Source: Dehalococcoidia bacterium (GTDB lineage Bacteria > Chloroflexota > Dehalococcoidia > SM23-28-2 > WHTN01). Taken from it: a stretch of 64,000 nt of DNA. The position numbers and the translations under genes were made by a program. The stretch covers positions 2,764 to 66,763 of the forward strand of contig WHTN01000005.1 in NCBI GenBank assembly GCA_009377715.1, written 5' to 3'. The stretch's first letter is position 1; each line of letters begins with the position of its first letter. Below are positions 55,340 to 64,000 of this stretch, piece by piece. The notes beneath the pieces were generated by a model that was given only the letters and a program-made list of their open reading frames with translations, was not told the DNA's origin and ran no database searches.

Positions 55340-56725
55340 CTACGGCAATATCTGGATAGTGACGTTGCCGGTCGCCCAGGGATTAGCTATGCCCTCAGGG
55401 AACGCAAGGTCTATGTGGTTGCCGTGGACGCCGCCGCCGGTATCCGCCGCCACAGCGTAGCCGTAGCCGGGGATGTACATCCGCGTCCCCAGCGGTATAA
55501 CCCGCGGGTCTACCGCCACAACGCCATGCGTAGCATATGCGCCTGTAGCGGTACGCCCGTAATTGGGGTCGCCGGGTGATCTGCCGCCATGTGAAGCGTT
55601 GTACCAGGTAGCGTATACGTTCATGCTGTAACCGCCAGATGGGCTCGAAGCGGCCGGTTGAGCCCTGTAAGTAGGCGCCGCCGCTGGCTGGACGACTCTG
55701 CTGCCTCTCGTTCCTCGAGCGATGATCGTTGGGCGCGGATCGGGATCGATCCAGGAGTTCACTATCGTCCGGTTTATTTCGCTACCGTTTTCGTAAGTTA
55801 CTCTGGTCTCGATCTGGTGGACGCCGTCCCAGCCTTCTTGGATAGTAGCCGTCTGACCGGCGCTCATCGTTGGGTCGTTGCGATAGACAACCTCGTGAGC
55901 GATCGGCTCTTGCACCATCGCAGTCTCTTCATGGACGCGGGTGACCGTTATGGACATCCCTGTTGTCACCGGCGTGGTCAGGCTCGGTTCTACCCGGTCG
56001 AGTTCACCCAAAGTAATGTCTGCTTTCTCTAAAGCCTGCTCGACGATCATGGCGTGGGTGTGGATCCTGCCGCTTATTTCGCCGTCGGCCAGAGAGATCT
56101 GCTTCGACGGATAGATATATATCGTCATGCCGGGCTCTAGGGTTTTATCGGCCCCGGGGACTATTAAGTCGTACTGCGAAACGTTGATCTGATTTGCGGC
56201 TAAAGCTGCGCCGACAGTGGTCCTTGTAGTGACCAGGGCCTCACTGATGCCCTCTTTCTCGACGAAAAGAGACACTGGTTTAGGTTTGCTGAAGTAAGAA
56301 GGTGTAAGGGGAGCAGGCGCCTGATGCAGGTCTAAGAGCAGGTCATGAACGCCGCTGATGGCTTGTGTAGTCGCATTGGCGTTAGAGAGTGTCGGAGCGC
56401 CAGAGTTATCGGGCCACGAAATAGACGATGGAGAAAGTGCGTACCGGTTGATATTCAGCTGGAACTCTGGCATTTGCCAGTCGGCTACTTTCGTGCCAGA
56501 CGAGATGGGAAGGCCGGGGACGCTGTACTGCGTAAGACTAACTAGCGTGGCTAAGATGAAAATGAAACTGAGAACTAGGAGCCTATCATCGAGCCGCTTA
56601 GGCCAGACGAGGCTCGCAGCCTTGTTGCCTTCGTATCTATCGCTCAGCCGGGCGTTGTTAGGCCACGACCGCTGCCGCCTATCCCCCAAATGCCACCTCC
56701 GCGTTCTGGGTGTCGGATCTGACAC
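55340..56725 (-). CDS. DUF348 / G5 / 3D-domain cell-wall-associated protein (YabE-like)
   Basis: N-terminal TM segment, a DUF348-like repeat, G5 (VTRVHEETAMVQEPIAHEVVYRNDPTMSAGQTATIQEG) and a 3D domain (GVVAVDPRVIPLGTRMYIPGYGYAVAADTGG). GTG start. Confidence 0.85.
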   Translation of the reverse strand: MSDPTPRTRRWHLGDRRQRSWPNNARLSDRYEGNKAASLVWPKRLDDRLLVLSFIFILATLVSLTQYSVPGLPISSGTKVADWQMPEFQLNINRYALSPSSISWPDNSGAPTLSNANATTQAISGVHDLLLDLHQAPAPLTPSYFSKPKPVSLFVEKEGISEALVTTRTTVGAALAANQINVSQYDLIVPGADKTLEPGMTIYIYPSKQISLADGEISGRIHTHAMIVEQALEKADITLGELDRVEPSLTTPVTTGMSITVTRVHEETAMVQEPIAHEVVYRNDPTMSAGQTATIQEGWDGVHQIETRVTYENGSEINRTIVNSWIDPDPRPTIIARGTRGSRVVQPAAAPTYRAQPAASSPSGGYSMNVYATWYNASHGGRSPGDPNYGRTATGAYATHGVVAVDPRVIPLGTRMYIPGYGYAVAADTGGGVHGNHIDLAFPEGIANPWATGNVTIQILP

Positions 56726-56738
56726 CCATAATCTTTTT

Positions 56739-57010
56739 GCGGCCGTGCACCTGCTCTCGATTTGGCCTGCAAGCTTGCCTATGCCCGCCAGCTCCGATCA
56801 GGTAACCTGCGGCGCCCGGAAACCTCTACTTACCGCTGCTTCCTTCCGGACCTGACGGGGTTCATAGGGCTCCGCCGCGCAGGGCCCAATCTTCAATACC
56901 GGCTGACAAAGGCAGTCCTCGCAGTACCTGAACCTCAAGCAGGGATTCAACCCCACTATAGCGGATTGTGGGTTCAGGGCACCGCTAGCTCCCCGTCTAG
57001 CACGACCGTC
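56739..57010 (-). ncRNA. ffs: Signal recognition particle RNA, long (Alu-domain-containing) form
   Basis: The minus strand contains the domain IV consensus GUCAGGUCCGGAAGGAAGCAGC (56856-56835). A terminal helix pairs CGGUCGUGC (57008-57000) with GCACGGCCG (56748-56740). Helix 5 pairs CUGCGCGGCG with CGCCGCAG. The length, about 270 nt, fits the Bacillus-type SRP RNA. A promoter lies immediately upstream. Confidence 0.85.
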
Positions 57011-57014
57011 GCCC

Positions 57015-57044
57015 ATCCTACCCTAAAAAGCGCCAGGCTGTCAA
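57015..57044 (-). promoter_or_regulatory. Candidate promoter of the SRP RNA gene
   Basis: On the minus strand, TTGACA (57044-57039), an 18-nt spacer, then TAGGAT (57020-57015). Confidence 0.45.
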
Positions 57045-57057
57045 CCCAAATATGACC

Positions 57058-57087
57058 TTGAACCCTATCCACGCCTGATGATAGAAT
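57058..57087 (+). promoter_or_regulatory. Candidate promoter of galU (divergent from the ffs promoter)
   Basis: TTGAAC (57058-57063), an 18-nt spacer, then TAGAAT (57082-57087). Confidence 0.4.
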
Positions 57088-57133
57088 GTCGCCATCGCAG
57101 AAATTCCCTTAAAATCAAAATTGTGAAGTGAGT

Positions 57134-58003
57134 ATGCGCGTTCGTAAAGCTCTGATTTTAGCCGCCGGCTTCGGTACGCGGTTTCTTCCTATCACTAAGA
57201 CGATACCCAAAGAAATGCTCCCGCTCATCGACCGCCCCATCATTCACTACGTCGTGCAGGAGGCGGTAGAAGCAGGTCTCGACCAGATCGTTATAGTCAG
57301 CGCGAACGGCAAAGGCGCAGTGGAGGACTATTTCGATACTGCGCCTGAACTAGAACGCCACTTACAAGACAGAGGCGATCAAGAGAAACTCGCCTTAGTG
57401 CAGGGGCCGAGGCGAATGGCACAAGTCGTGTACGTGCGGCAGCAAGAACGGCGAGGTGTCGGCGACGCTGTGCTTTGCGCTCGTTCCGCGATCGGGGACG
57501 AGCCGTTCGCTCTTTTTTTCCCTGACGATGTGCTTATAGCAGCTAAACCGGTCATGGGTCAGCTCATAAAAGCATTTGAGGAAACCGGCGGTAGCGTGAT
57601 CGCTGTCGAGCGAGTGCCTCGCGACGAGATATCGAACTACGGCATCGTAAAAGCGCAGGAAGTGAAGGAGCGCTTACATCGGATACTAGGTCTGATAGAG
57701 AAACCACGCCCTGAGGAAGCGCCGTCCGACCTCGGTATCGTCGGCCGGTACATCCTAACGCCCGAAATCTTCGATTTTCTGACGCAAACGCCTCCCAGCG
57801 CCGGCGGCGAAATACAGCTAACGGATGGCCTTGACCTCATGCTGGCAGAGCAGCCCATCTATGCGTACGAGTACGAGGGCGACCGCTATGATACGGGGCG
57901 CCCTCTCGGCCTCCTCAAGGCATCTCTAGCGGTTGCTTTTCAAAGGCCAGACCTCGAGCCAAGCTTGCGCTCCTACCTGCAAGAGATGGATAAGGGTAGA
58001 TAA
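57134..58003 (+). CDS. galU: UTP--glucose-1-phosphate uridylyltransferase
   Basis: KALILAAGFGTRFLPITKTIPKEMLPLIDRPIIHYVVQEA...EKP motif. ATG 57134 is preferred over GTG 57128. Confidence 0.92.
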   Translation: MRVRKALILAAGFGTRFLPITKTIPKEMLPLIDRPIIHYVVQEAVEAGLDQIVIVSANGKGAVEDYFDTAPELERHLQDRGDQEKLALVQGPRRMAQVVYVRQQERRGVGDAVLCARSAIGDEPFALFFPDDVLIAAKPVMGQLIKAFEETGGSVIAVERVPRDEISNYGIVKAQEVKERLHRILGLIEKPRPEEAPSDLGIVGRYILTPEIFDFLTQTPPSAGGEIQLTDGLDLMLAEQPIYAYEYEGDRYDTGRPLGLLKASLAVAFQRPDLEPSLRSYLQEMDKGR

Positions 58004-59380
58004 ATGCGTGTCCTAGTGATCGGCTATCCCCTCCCGAACGCGAATTTCGATAACTACAGCTTTGTCAGCGCCCCTTCCTTCTTTGATTACGATGCCATCG
58101 TCGTCGATCCTGCCAACATCACCCGTGTTGTGGACGATGCCCTTAAACAGGTAGAAGAGCTGAACACTTTTAATAGCCAGCCTGTAGTCAACGCACCGAC
58201 GACGCCCGTAGGAGTCGGCCTGGCGGAACAACTACTACGGCGCATCGATGAGACGTCGAGGTTTCTGGCCAAAGGCGGTCTGGTTGTCTGCTTCCTCAGA
58301 CCAAACATGCCCCACACCGGCGTGATAGGTTTCCCGGGCTGCGATCGTTACTATTGGCTGCCCGCCCCCAGCGGCGTCATTTACGGCGCGACCCAACTTG
58401 TGCCTGGAGAGGGCTTTCAGTCAGCTATTACTGATCCCGCTCATCCGTTCGCCCGCTACTTCGAGTCTCAGCGTTCGGCTGTTCGTTACCACGCCTACTG
58501 GGTCGATGACCGGGTGCCTCACTTCGCTGTCTTCGGTCGTGTTTTCGCCCGCAGCGTTGGCGGAGCGGCGCTCGGAGTCGAGTTCAAGATCGGTGGCGGC
58601 CGTATAGTCTTCCTGCCGTCGGCAGACGGCCTCTACAGCAACGATTCGCGCTATGATTTGGCCCAGACGGTATTCAGTTGCATTGAGCAGAGCCTCATTG
58701 GCATGCTAGACGAGCCGGAACCAGGCTGGGTCGCAATGGAAAGCCTCCCTGGCCTCGCTTCCCTCCTTGAAACAGAAGAACGTGAATTGACTCGTTTGAC
58801 TGAAGCCGAGGCTGGTTTAGCAGCAGCCCGGTCGGCGCGCGAGGAACTGAGCAAATACCGCCGCCTTCTCTGGCAAGAGGGCAAGTTCGGGTTGGAGGCT
58901 ATCATCCGCGACTCGTTGCAGGTTATTGGGTTCAGCGTAAGCGATAACCTAGACGAACCAGGGACGGCCAGCAGTAACGGCGAAGCCGCTTTCATAGAGG
59001 TGGAAGGAGCAGCAGAGGCAGTTGAGATGGCGCCCCATTACCGCCTGCGCCAGCGCCGTGAGGACGAATTGCAGAAAAGCGGCCGCTACGTCAAAGGCCT
59101 GGTCGTGGTCAACGGCTACCGTCGACAGGCGATAGCCGAGCGTCCGCAACAGTTCTCAGACGCCTTACGGGTGGCTGCAGAGAGCACTCGCTTTTGCCTC
59201 TTGACCACCGGCCAGCTATTCGATTTAGTCAAACAGCGGCTCGAGAACCCCGAAGAACGCCAGCTAAGCGATATTCGCTCTGCGCTTCTCGCCACAGAAG
59301 GCGAATACCAGCACGACGCTCCTGTCTCCCACCCGAGCAGCTTAGGAGGAACAACCCTTGACGAACGACAACAGCCTTAA
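58004..59380 (+). CDS. Hypothetical 458-aa protein: N-terminal alpha/beta domain, coiled coil, and a C-terminal restriction-endonuclease-like domain (tentative)
   Basis: The ATG directly abuts the galU TAA. I recognised no family. See findings. Confidence 0.6.
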   Translation: MRVLVIGYPLPNANFDNYSFVSAPSFFDYDAIVVDPANITRVVDDALKQVEELNTFNSQPVVNAPTTPVGVGLAEQLLRRIDETSRFLAKGGLVVCFLRPNMPHTGVIGFPGCDRYYWLPAPSGVIYGATQLVPGEGFQSAITDPAHPFARYFESQRSAVRYHAYWVDDRVPHFAVFGRVFARSVGGAALGVEFKIGGGRIVFLPSADGLYSNDSRYDLAQTVFSCIEQSLIGMLDEPEPGWVAMESLPGLASLLETEERELTRLTEAEAGLAAARSAREELSKYRRLLWQEGKFGLEAIIRDSLQVIGFSVSDNLDEPGTASSNGEAAFIEVEGAAEAVEMAPHYRLRQRREDELQKSGRYVKGLVVVNGYRRQAIAERPQQFSDALRVAAESTRFCLLTTGQLFDLVKQRLENPEERQLSDIRSALLATEGEYQHDAPVSHPSSLGGTTLDERQQP

Positions 59381-60161
59381 AGGCCGCTGGGCGCTGGTTC
59401 TTGGCGCGTCGAGCGGCTTCGGCGCGGCCACTTCCCTTGAACTTGCCCGTCACGGCATGAACATCTTCGGCGTCCACCTTGATCTCCGGTCAACTTTGCC
59501 GAATGCCGAGCGCGTCGCAAACGAGATCCGGGATGTGGGTTGCGAGGCCGTTTTTTTCAACATGAACGCTGCCGACGCTGATAAGCGTAAGCAGGCGTTA
59601 GAGTCAATGAAAGAACGCCTGAGCCAGGGCGATACGGTCCGGGTGCTCGTCCATTCATTGGCTTTCGGCACTCTGCGGCCATTCGTGCCGGAAAATCAGG
59701 AAGAGGCGCTCAAGCAGTCGCAAATGGAGATGACGCTGGATGTGATGGCCAACAGCCTGGTCTATTGGGTGCAGGACTTATACTACAGCCATCTCTTGGG
59801 GCCGAATAGCCGGCTTTTTGCTATGACTAGCGTTGGCTCAACCCGCATTTGGCCCGGCTATGGCGCCGTTTCCGCTGCGAAGGCCGCGCTGGAGTCGCAC
59901 GTGCGCCAGCTATCGTACGAACTCGCGCCGTCTGGCGTTCGTATCAACGCTATCCTCGCTGGGGTGACCGATACGCCCGCACTGCGAAAAATACCCGGGC
60001 ACGAAGCGCTTATCGATTGGTCTCGCGAACGTAATCCCAGCGGGCGAATGACGACCCCTGAGGACGTAGCGAAGGCGATAGCGATGCTATCCGGCGAAGG
60101 CAGTGGCTGGATCACCGGCGATGTTATCCGCGTCGACGGTGGAGAGAACATAAGCGGCTGA
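59358..60161 (+). CDS. SDR family oxidoreductase, FabL-like enoyl-ACP reductase type
   Basis: LVLGASSGFGAATS...a Rossmann motif and a catalytic Y..(6)..K pattern, PGYGAVSAAKAALE, then INAILAGVTDTPAL. TTG start overlapping the previous gene by 23 nt. Confidence 0.8.
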   Translation: MTNDNSLKGRWALVLGASSGFGAATSLELARHGMNIFGVHLDLRSTLPNAERVANEIRDVGCEAVFFNMNAADADKRKQALESMKERLSQGDTVRVLVHSLAFGTLRPFVPENQEEALKQSQMEMTLDVMANSLVYWVQDLYYSHLLGPNSRLFAMTSVGSTRIWPGYGAVSAAKAALESHVRQLSYELAPSGVRINAILAGVTDTPALRKIPGHEALIDWSRERNPSGRMTTPEDVAKAIAMLSGEGSGWITGDVIRVDGGENISG

Positions 60162-60256
60162 AACTTATGTCAGCGCTATCGTGGGTTCTCTGGGGGAGAG
60201 GAGGCGGCTCGTGGTAGGTGAAACCCTCGTCGGCGGCGCGTGCCAATCTGGGCCCC

Positions 60257-60893
60257 ATGACTGACGACGCGGCAACGGGGCGAATGCGTGGCGTCTTCGT
60301 GCTTGCCGACATCTCAGGCTACACGGCGTTTCTGTAGTCCGTCAACGACGCCCACGGCGCGGAGATGGCGGCGGCCACCGGAGGTCCCAGCCGCGTACCC
60401 AATGATGACCAGCCTGCTCGACGGGATCGTAGAGCGCCTGGTACCCCCGTTCGTGTTCTCGAAGCTCGAGGGTGACGCGGTCTTTGCATACGCGCCCGAG
60501 GGAAGCTTCCCGTTGCGTGGTCGCTCGGTGCTCGACTGCATGGCCGGCTGCTACGCCAGCTTCCGCGAGCGACGTGACCGGACCGAGAACCTAATGCTGT
60601 GCACCTGTCGCGCGTGCACGAGGTTGCACGACCTGGATCTGAAGTTCGTCGTCCACCAGGGCAGCTACGTCTTGCAGTCGATCGCGGGACACGAGGAACT
60701 CCTCGGTCCCGACGTCACGATGGCGCACCTGTTGCTGAAGAACTCGGTCGTCGACGAGTTCGGCCGGTCCGCGTACGCGCTCGTCACCGAGCCGGCGATG
60801 ACGCACCTCGAGATCCCGTCCGGCAGCTCGCGTCCGCACACGGAGCACTACGCCCACTACTCGCCCATCCGGAGCCACGTCTTCGCGCTGTGA
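60257..60893 (+). pseudogene. DUF2652-like gene with an in-frame TAG and a frame change
   Basis: MTDDAATGRMRGVFVLADISGYTAFL, then TAG (60335-60337), then SVNDAHGAEM. The frame then changes by +1, somewhere around 60370-60385, into ORF 60288-60893 (MMTSLLDGIVERLVPPFVFSKLEGDAVFAY...). 637 nt. Confidence 0.6.
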
Positions 60894-61183
60894 GCGAGCT
60901 CACGGTGGGCGGTGGACCGTGCGCCGCTGGCGGGAGTCACGGGCAGAAGAACTGTATAAGTTCGACCAGCGGTTCATGGACATGACTAGCCGATATTGCT
61001 TATTGCTCAGCAGCGACAGCCCACAGACTCTTAGAGAGGCCGCCGAAGCTATAACGCGGCCCTGCAGAACAGCCGGATCACTGTCATGCCGGGCGAACAG
61101 CACATCGCCATGTACACCGCGCCCCGACCTCTTTGTGCATGAGGTACAATCTTCTTGACCGAGCCAAGCTAACGGAGCTAGCT

Positions 61184-61285
61184 ATGGCAGACATGAACTA
61201 TTACGATACTTTTATTGAAATCGCGGACGACTGTCCCGTAAATGCTGCTGAAATACCGGAGCACAAAAGGGATAATAAACCTTAA
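61184..61285 (+). pseudogene. N-terminal fragment of a DUF6157-like gene (about 33 codons)
   Basis: MADMNYYDTFIEIADDCPVNAAEIPEHKRDNKP*. The MNYYDTFIEIA.DCPV..AEIP pattern matches the start of a roughly 140-aa family as I recall it. Nothing homologous follows. Confidence 0.4.
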
Positions 61286-61342
61286 AGCCATGCGCTCAAA
61301 GCGGGCGTAGGAAAACAGTCGCAAATAGGTCTGAAGTACATA

Positions 61343-61393
61343 ACAGAAGCCGCTCGTGAATTTTCATTCAGGAGCGGCTTCTGTTTTACTTTT
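61343..61393 (+). terminator. Strong hairpin with a T-rich tail (possibly also serving the convergent methyltransferase gene)
   Basis: Perfect 12-bp stem ACAGAAGCCGCT (61343-61354) / AGCGGCTTCTGT (61373-61384), followed by tttacttttac. Confidence 0.55.
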
Positions 61394-61402
61394 ACGTTCG
61401 GG

Positions 61403-62233
61403 TTATACCTTACGCGCCGCGATCTCGAGCCAGTTGCGCGTGCAGCGTTGGATGCCAGACGCATGGAAAGCGGGGCGTATCGCCTGCTTGAGCGCTTCGC
61501 TTGCCGCTTTAGCATCGTGCTCAGCTGCTCGCAGGGCGCCTAGTGCGAAATCGCGATATTCGCTTATAGCACGGAAGAAGTTCTGGGGCAGAGCCGCCGG
61601 GTGATTCTCCAAGTATGATATCTGGAAGCCATTACGCTCTAACAACTCGGCGTATTGTTCCGGCGTTAGCCAGTCCATCGCCGCAACGCGCTCGCCCTTT
61701 TCACGGTTAGGAAGCTTGTGATTCATAATCGCTAGGGCGTTTTTGACCCAATGCATATAAAACCGCCTGGTCTCTTCCGGGTAGCAACCCTCGTAGTAAC
61801 TTGTGCTGATCACTAAGTGACCGCCGTCGCGTAGAATGCGGTGGATATCCCTGACCGCTTTCTCCTTCGCGTTGTGGCCGAGCATGTGGATAGAGTTGCA
61901 GAAGAAGACTAGGTCGAAATCCCCGCGTAGCGGCAGGTCTTGCGCTTGGGCGGCGACCATGTCCGTGCGCGTAGGATCGAGATCTCCCCGAGCCGTCTGT
62001 AACGCTTCCATGTCCATATCCAGATCGACTACTTTAGTCTCCAGGCCCATAGCCTCAGTTTCCTTAAGGAGGATCCTGGTAATAAGCCCCGTTCCGCATG
62101 CTAGGTCCAACACTAATTGCAGAGGATGAATCTCCTTGAAGCGGAGCATGCGTTCCACCAGGTCTTCGTTCAGCTTAACGTAGCTTTTGACTTTAGCTAC
62201 AGGATCGAGGCCGGAGACAACTTCGGCGACCAT
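61403..62233 (-). CDS. Class I SAM-dependent methyltransferase
   Basis: Motif I VLDLACGTGLIT. 276 aa. Confidence 0.85.
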   Translation of the reverse strand: MVAEVVSGLDPVAKVKSYVKLNEDLVERMLRFKEIHPLQLVLDLACGTGLITRILLKETEAMGLETKVVDLDMDMEALQTARGDLDPTRTDMVAAQAQDLPLRGDFDLVFFCNSIHMLGHNAKEKAVRDIHRILRDGGHLVISTSYYEGCYPEETRRFYMHWVKNALAIMNHKLPNREKGERVAAMDWLTPEQYAELLERNGFQISYLENHPAALPQNFFRAISEYRDFALGALRAAEHDAKAASEALKQAIRPAFHASGIQRCTRNWLEIAARKV

Positions 62234-62327
62234 TTATCATTCTCCCTTGTAATCTAACGTACCACTATTCTACGATAAAAGTGAGTCCTTCTAGCTGAAG
62301 GGCTCACTTTTATTTCGTTCGTTTAGC

Positions 62328-63359
62328 TTAAACCCGATGGCAGGCTACCCAGTGCTCACGCCCCTCGGTGCCCAAGTTCCTAAATTCCGGGATCTGGACT
62401 CGACATTCGTCGATCGCAATTGGACAGCGGGTGTGGAACACGCAGCCGGATGGCGGGCGCAGAGGGCTTGGAACGTCGCCCATAAGGATGATACGCTCTC
62501 GCTTCAACTCCACCGCTGGGTCTGGAATCGGCACCGCCGAAAGAAGCGCCTTCGTGTACGGATGGAGCGGGTTCTCGTAAAGCTCATCGCGGTCCGTCAA
62601 CTCAACGATGTGCCCCAGGTACATCACCGCTATGCGGTCGCTGATATGCCGCACCACCGACAGGTCGTGGGCGATGAAGAGGTAGGTCAGGTTGAATTGC
62701 TGTTGCAGCTCCTGCAGCAGGTTGATGACCTGCGCCTGAATAGAAACGTCGAGCGCCGAGACCGCCTCGTCGCAGACGATGAAGTCCGGCTCAACCGCCA
62801 GGGCGCGGGCAATGCCTATGCGCTGGCGCTGGCCGCCGCTGAACTCGTGCGGGTAGCGGCTGGCGTGGTACGGGTTAAGGCCTACCGTGCGGAGCAGTTC
62901 TTGCACTCTTTCACGCCTCTCGCTCTTGTTCTTCGCCAGCCCGTGGATCAGGATAGGCTCGCCTATGATCGTTCCGACAGACATACGGGGGTTTAGGGAG
63001 GCGTACGGGTCCTGGAAGATCATCTGCATCCGCCGCCGCATCCGGCGAAGATCACCGCCCTTTATCTTTGTGAGTTCTTGGCCATCGAAGTTGATTGAGC
63101 CGGCCGTAGGCTTATAAAGTTGGAGGATGCAGCGTCCGGTGGTGGTCTTGCCACAACCGCTTTCCCCCACTAGTCCTAGCGTTTCGCCTCTTCGGATATC
63201 GAAGCTTATATCATCAATGGCTTTAACCTCGGCAACCTTCTTTTGTATCAGTATGCCCGAGGTCACAGGAAAGTACATCTTAAGGTTCTTAACCTCAACG
63301 ATGGTCTCACCGTGATGGCCATTGCCATGGATTTGGGTTGGTGTCTGTTCTACTGTCAT
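62328..63359 (-). CDS. oppF: Oligopeptide/dipeptide ABC transporter ATP-binding protein (OppF/DppF-like)
   Basis: From ATG 63359 (ATGA overlap with the upstream gene): [34 protein letters not shown] and the C-terminal oligopeptide-type extension ([11 protein letters not shown]). Confidence 0.9.
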   Translation of the reverse strand: MTVEQTPTQIHGNGHHGETIVEVKNLKMYFPVTSGILIQKKVAEVKAIDDISFDIRRGETLGLVGESGCGKTTTGRCILQLYKPTAGSINFDGQELTKIKGGDLRRMRRRMQMIFQDPYASLNPRMSVGTIIGEPILIHGLAKNKSERRERVQELLRTVGLNPYHASRYPHEFSGGQRQRIGIARALAVEPDFIVCDEAVSALDVSIQAQVINLLQELQQQFNLTYLFIAHDLSVVRHISDRIAVMYLGHIVELTDRDELYENPLHPYTKALLSAVPIPDPAVELKRERIILMGDVPSPLRPPSGCVFHTRCPIAIDECRVQIPEFRNLGTEGREHWVACHRV

Positions 63360-64000
63360 GTGTGTGCTACCTCCTCCCGCGGTTTCCCAGAGCCGACCTC
63401 TACCCAGCATGCAGCCCAGTGCTTTTGCCCGACCAGCAGCAAGGGCGGGTCGTCCAGCGCACATTTATCGATAGCGTAAGGACAGCGAGGGCGGAACGGA
63501 CAGCCAGGCGGCAAGTTCACAAGGTCGGGGGGCATGCCCTCGATCGGGTTCAGCTTAGACTTACGCTTTTCGTCCAACCTCGGCACAGACTTTAGCAGAC
63601 CCAGCGTATACGGGTGCTGTGGGTTGGCATAGATCTCGGCAGCCGAACCGGTCTCGATAATTCTGCCCGCGTACATCACGCTCACGCGGTCAGCGTAGCG
63701 GGCCACGACGCCGAGGTTGTGCGTAATGATGATCACCGCTGTGCCCATCTCCCGGGTTAGCTTCGTAAGAAGCTCGAGGATCTGGGCTTGGATCGTCACG
63801 TCAAGAGCCGTAGTTGGCTCGTCGGCCAGCACCAGTTTAGGATTGCAGGACAGCGCCAGGGCAATCATCACTCTTTGGCGCATACCCCCGGAGAACTGGT
63901 GGGGATAGTCGCCGATACGGCGTGCTGCCTCTGGTATACCTACCATTTCCAGTAGCTCTACCGCTCTCCGGATCGCTTCATTTTTGTTCATCTTAAGGTG
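63356..64000 (-). CDS. oppD: Oligopeptide/dipeptide ABC transporter ATP-binding protein (OppD/DppD-like), N-terminus beyond the window
   Basis: [16 protein letters not shown]...[12 protein letters not shown]...[11 protein letters not shown]. The frame is open to the window end. Confidence 0.9.
   Translation of the reverse strand, partial: HLKMNKNEAIRRAVELLEMVGIPEAARRIGDYPHQFSGGMRQRVMIALALSCNPKLVLADEPTTALDVTIQAQILELLTKLTREMGTAVIIITHNLGVVARYADRVSVMYAGRIIETGSAAEIYANPQHPYTLGLLKSVPRLDEKRKSKLNPIEGMPPDLVNLPPGCPFRPRCPYAIDKCALDDPPLLLVGQKHWAACWVEVGSGKPREEVAHT

Noticed and set aside
60335-60337. In-frame TAG in the DUF2652-like gene as a recoded (pyrrolysine or readthrough) codon
   Set aside because: No pyl genes or other TAG-interrupted genes were seen, and the same gene also has a frame change. 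A pseudogene or sequencing error is simpler.

Overview
This 64-kb window is a moderately GC-rich bacterial chromosome, mostly housekeeping genes. Gene content, Thr/Pro-linker secreted proteins, PIG-V-like transferases and the intergenic repeat types suggest a Chloroflexota-like organism, but that is inference only. Core genes recognised: gap, rpmE-rpmA-rplU, ftsH, rnhB, infC-rpmI-rplT, pheST, gatB, yvcK-like, secG, fmt, rplY, pheA, rnc-smc-ftsY, cca, a DinG-type exonuclease/helicase, ispE, rsmA, galU, oppDF-like ATPases, and a long-form SRP RNA absent from the ORF track. No tRNA, rRNA, CRISPR array, transposase or integrase was seen. Accessory or unusual content: (1) a hicBA cassette behind the DUF1385 gene, bracketed by a 44-bp duplication of that gene's 3' end. 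(2) Two paralogous secreted proteins with Thr/Pro linkers, one carrying tandem FxLYD-like domains. (3) A roughly 7.7-kb envelope glycosylation island: GT39, a second GT-C protein, two PIG-V-like transferases, a GT2 polyprenyl-phosphate glycosyltransferase and a GtrA-like protein. (4) A 458-aa orphan translationally coupled to galU. (5) A decayed, compositionally odd patch at 60.2-61.4 kb. Two patterns run across the window. At least nine otherwise intact genes, including smc, ftsY and dinG, are broken by single-base frame changes, mostly one missing base. Consensus indel error is the most likely cause, so pseudogene calls here are provisional. The intergenic regions are also assembled from a small set of recurring hairpin or palindromic modules. 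All similarity statements come from reading translations by eye; no searches were run.
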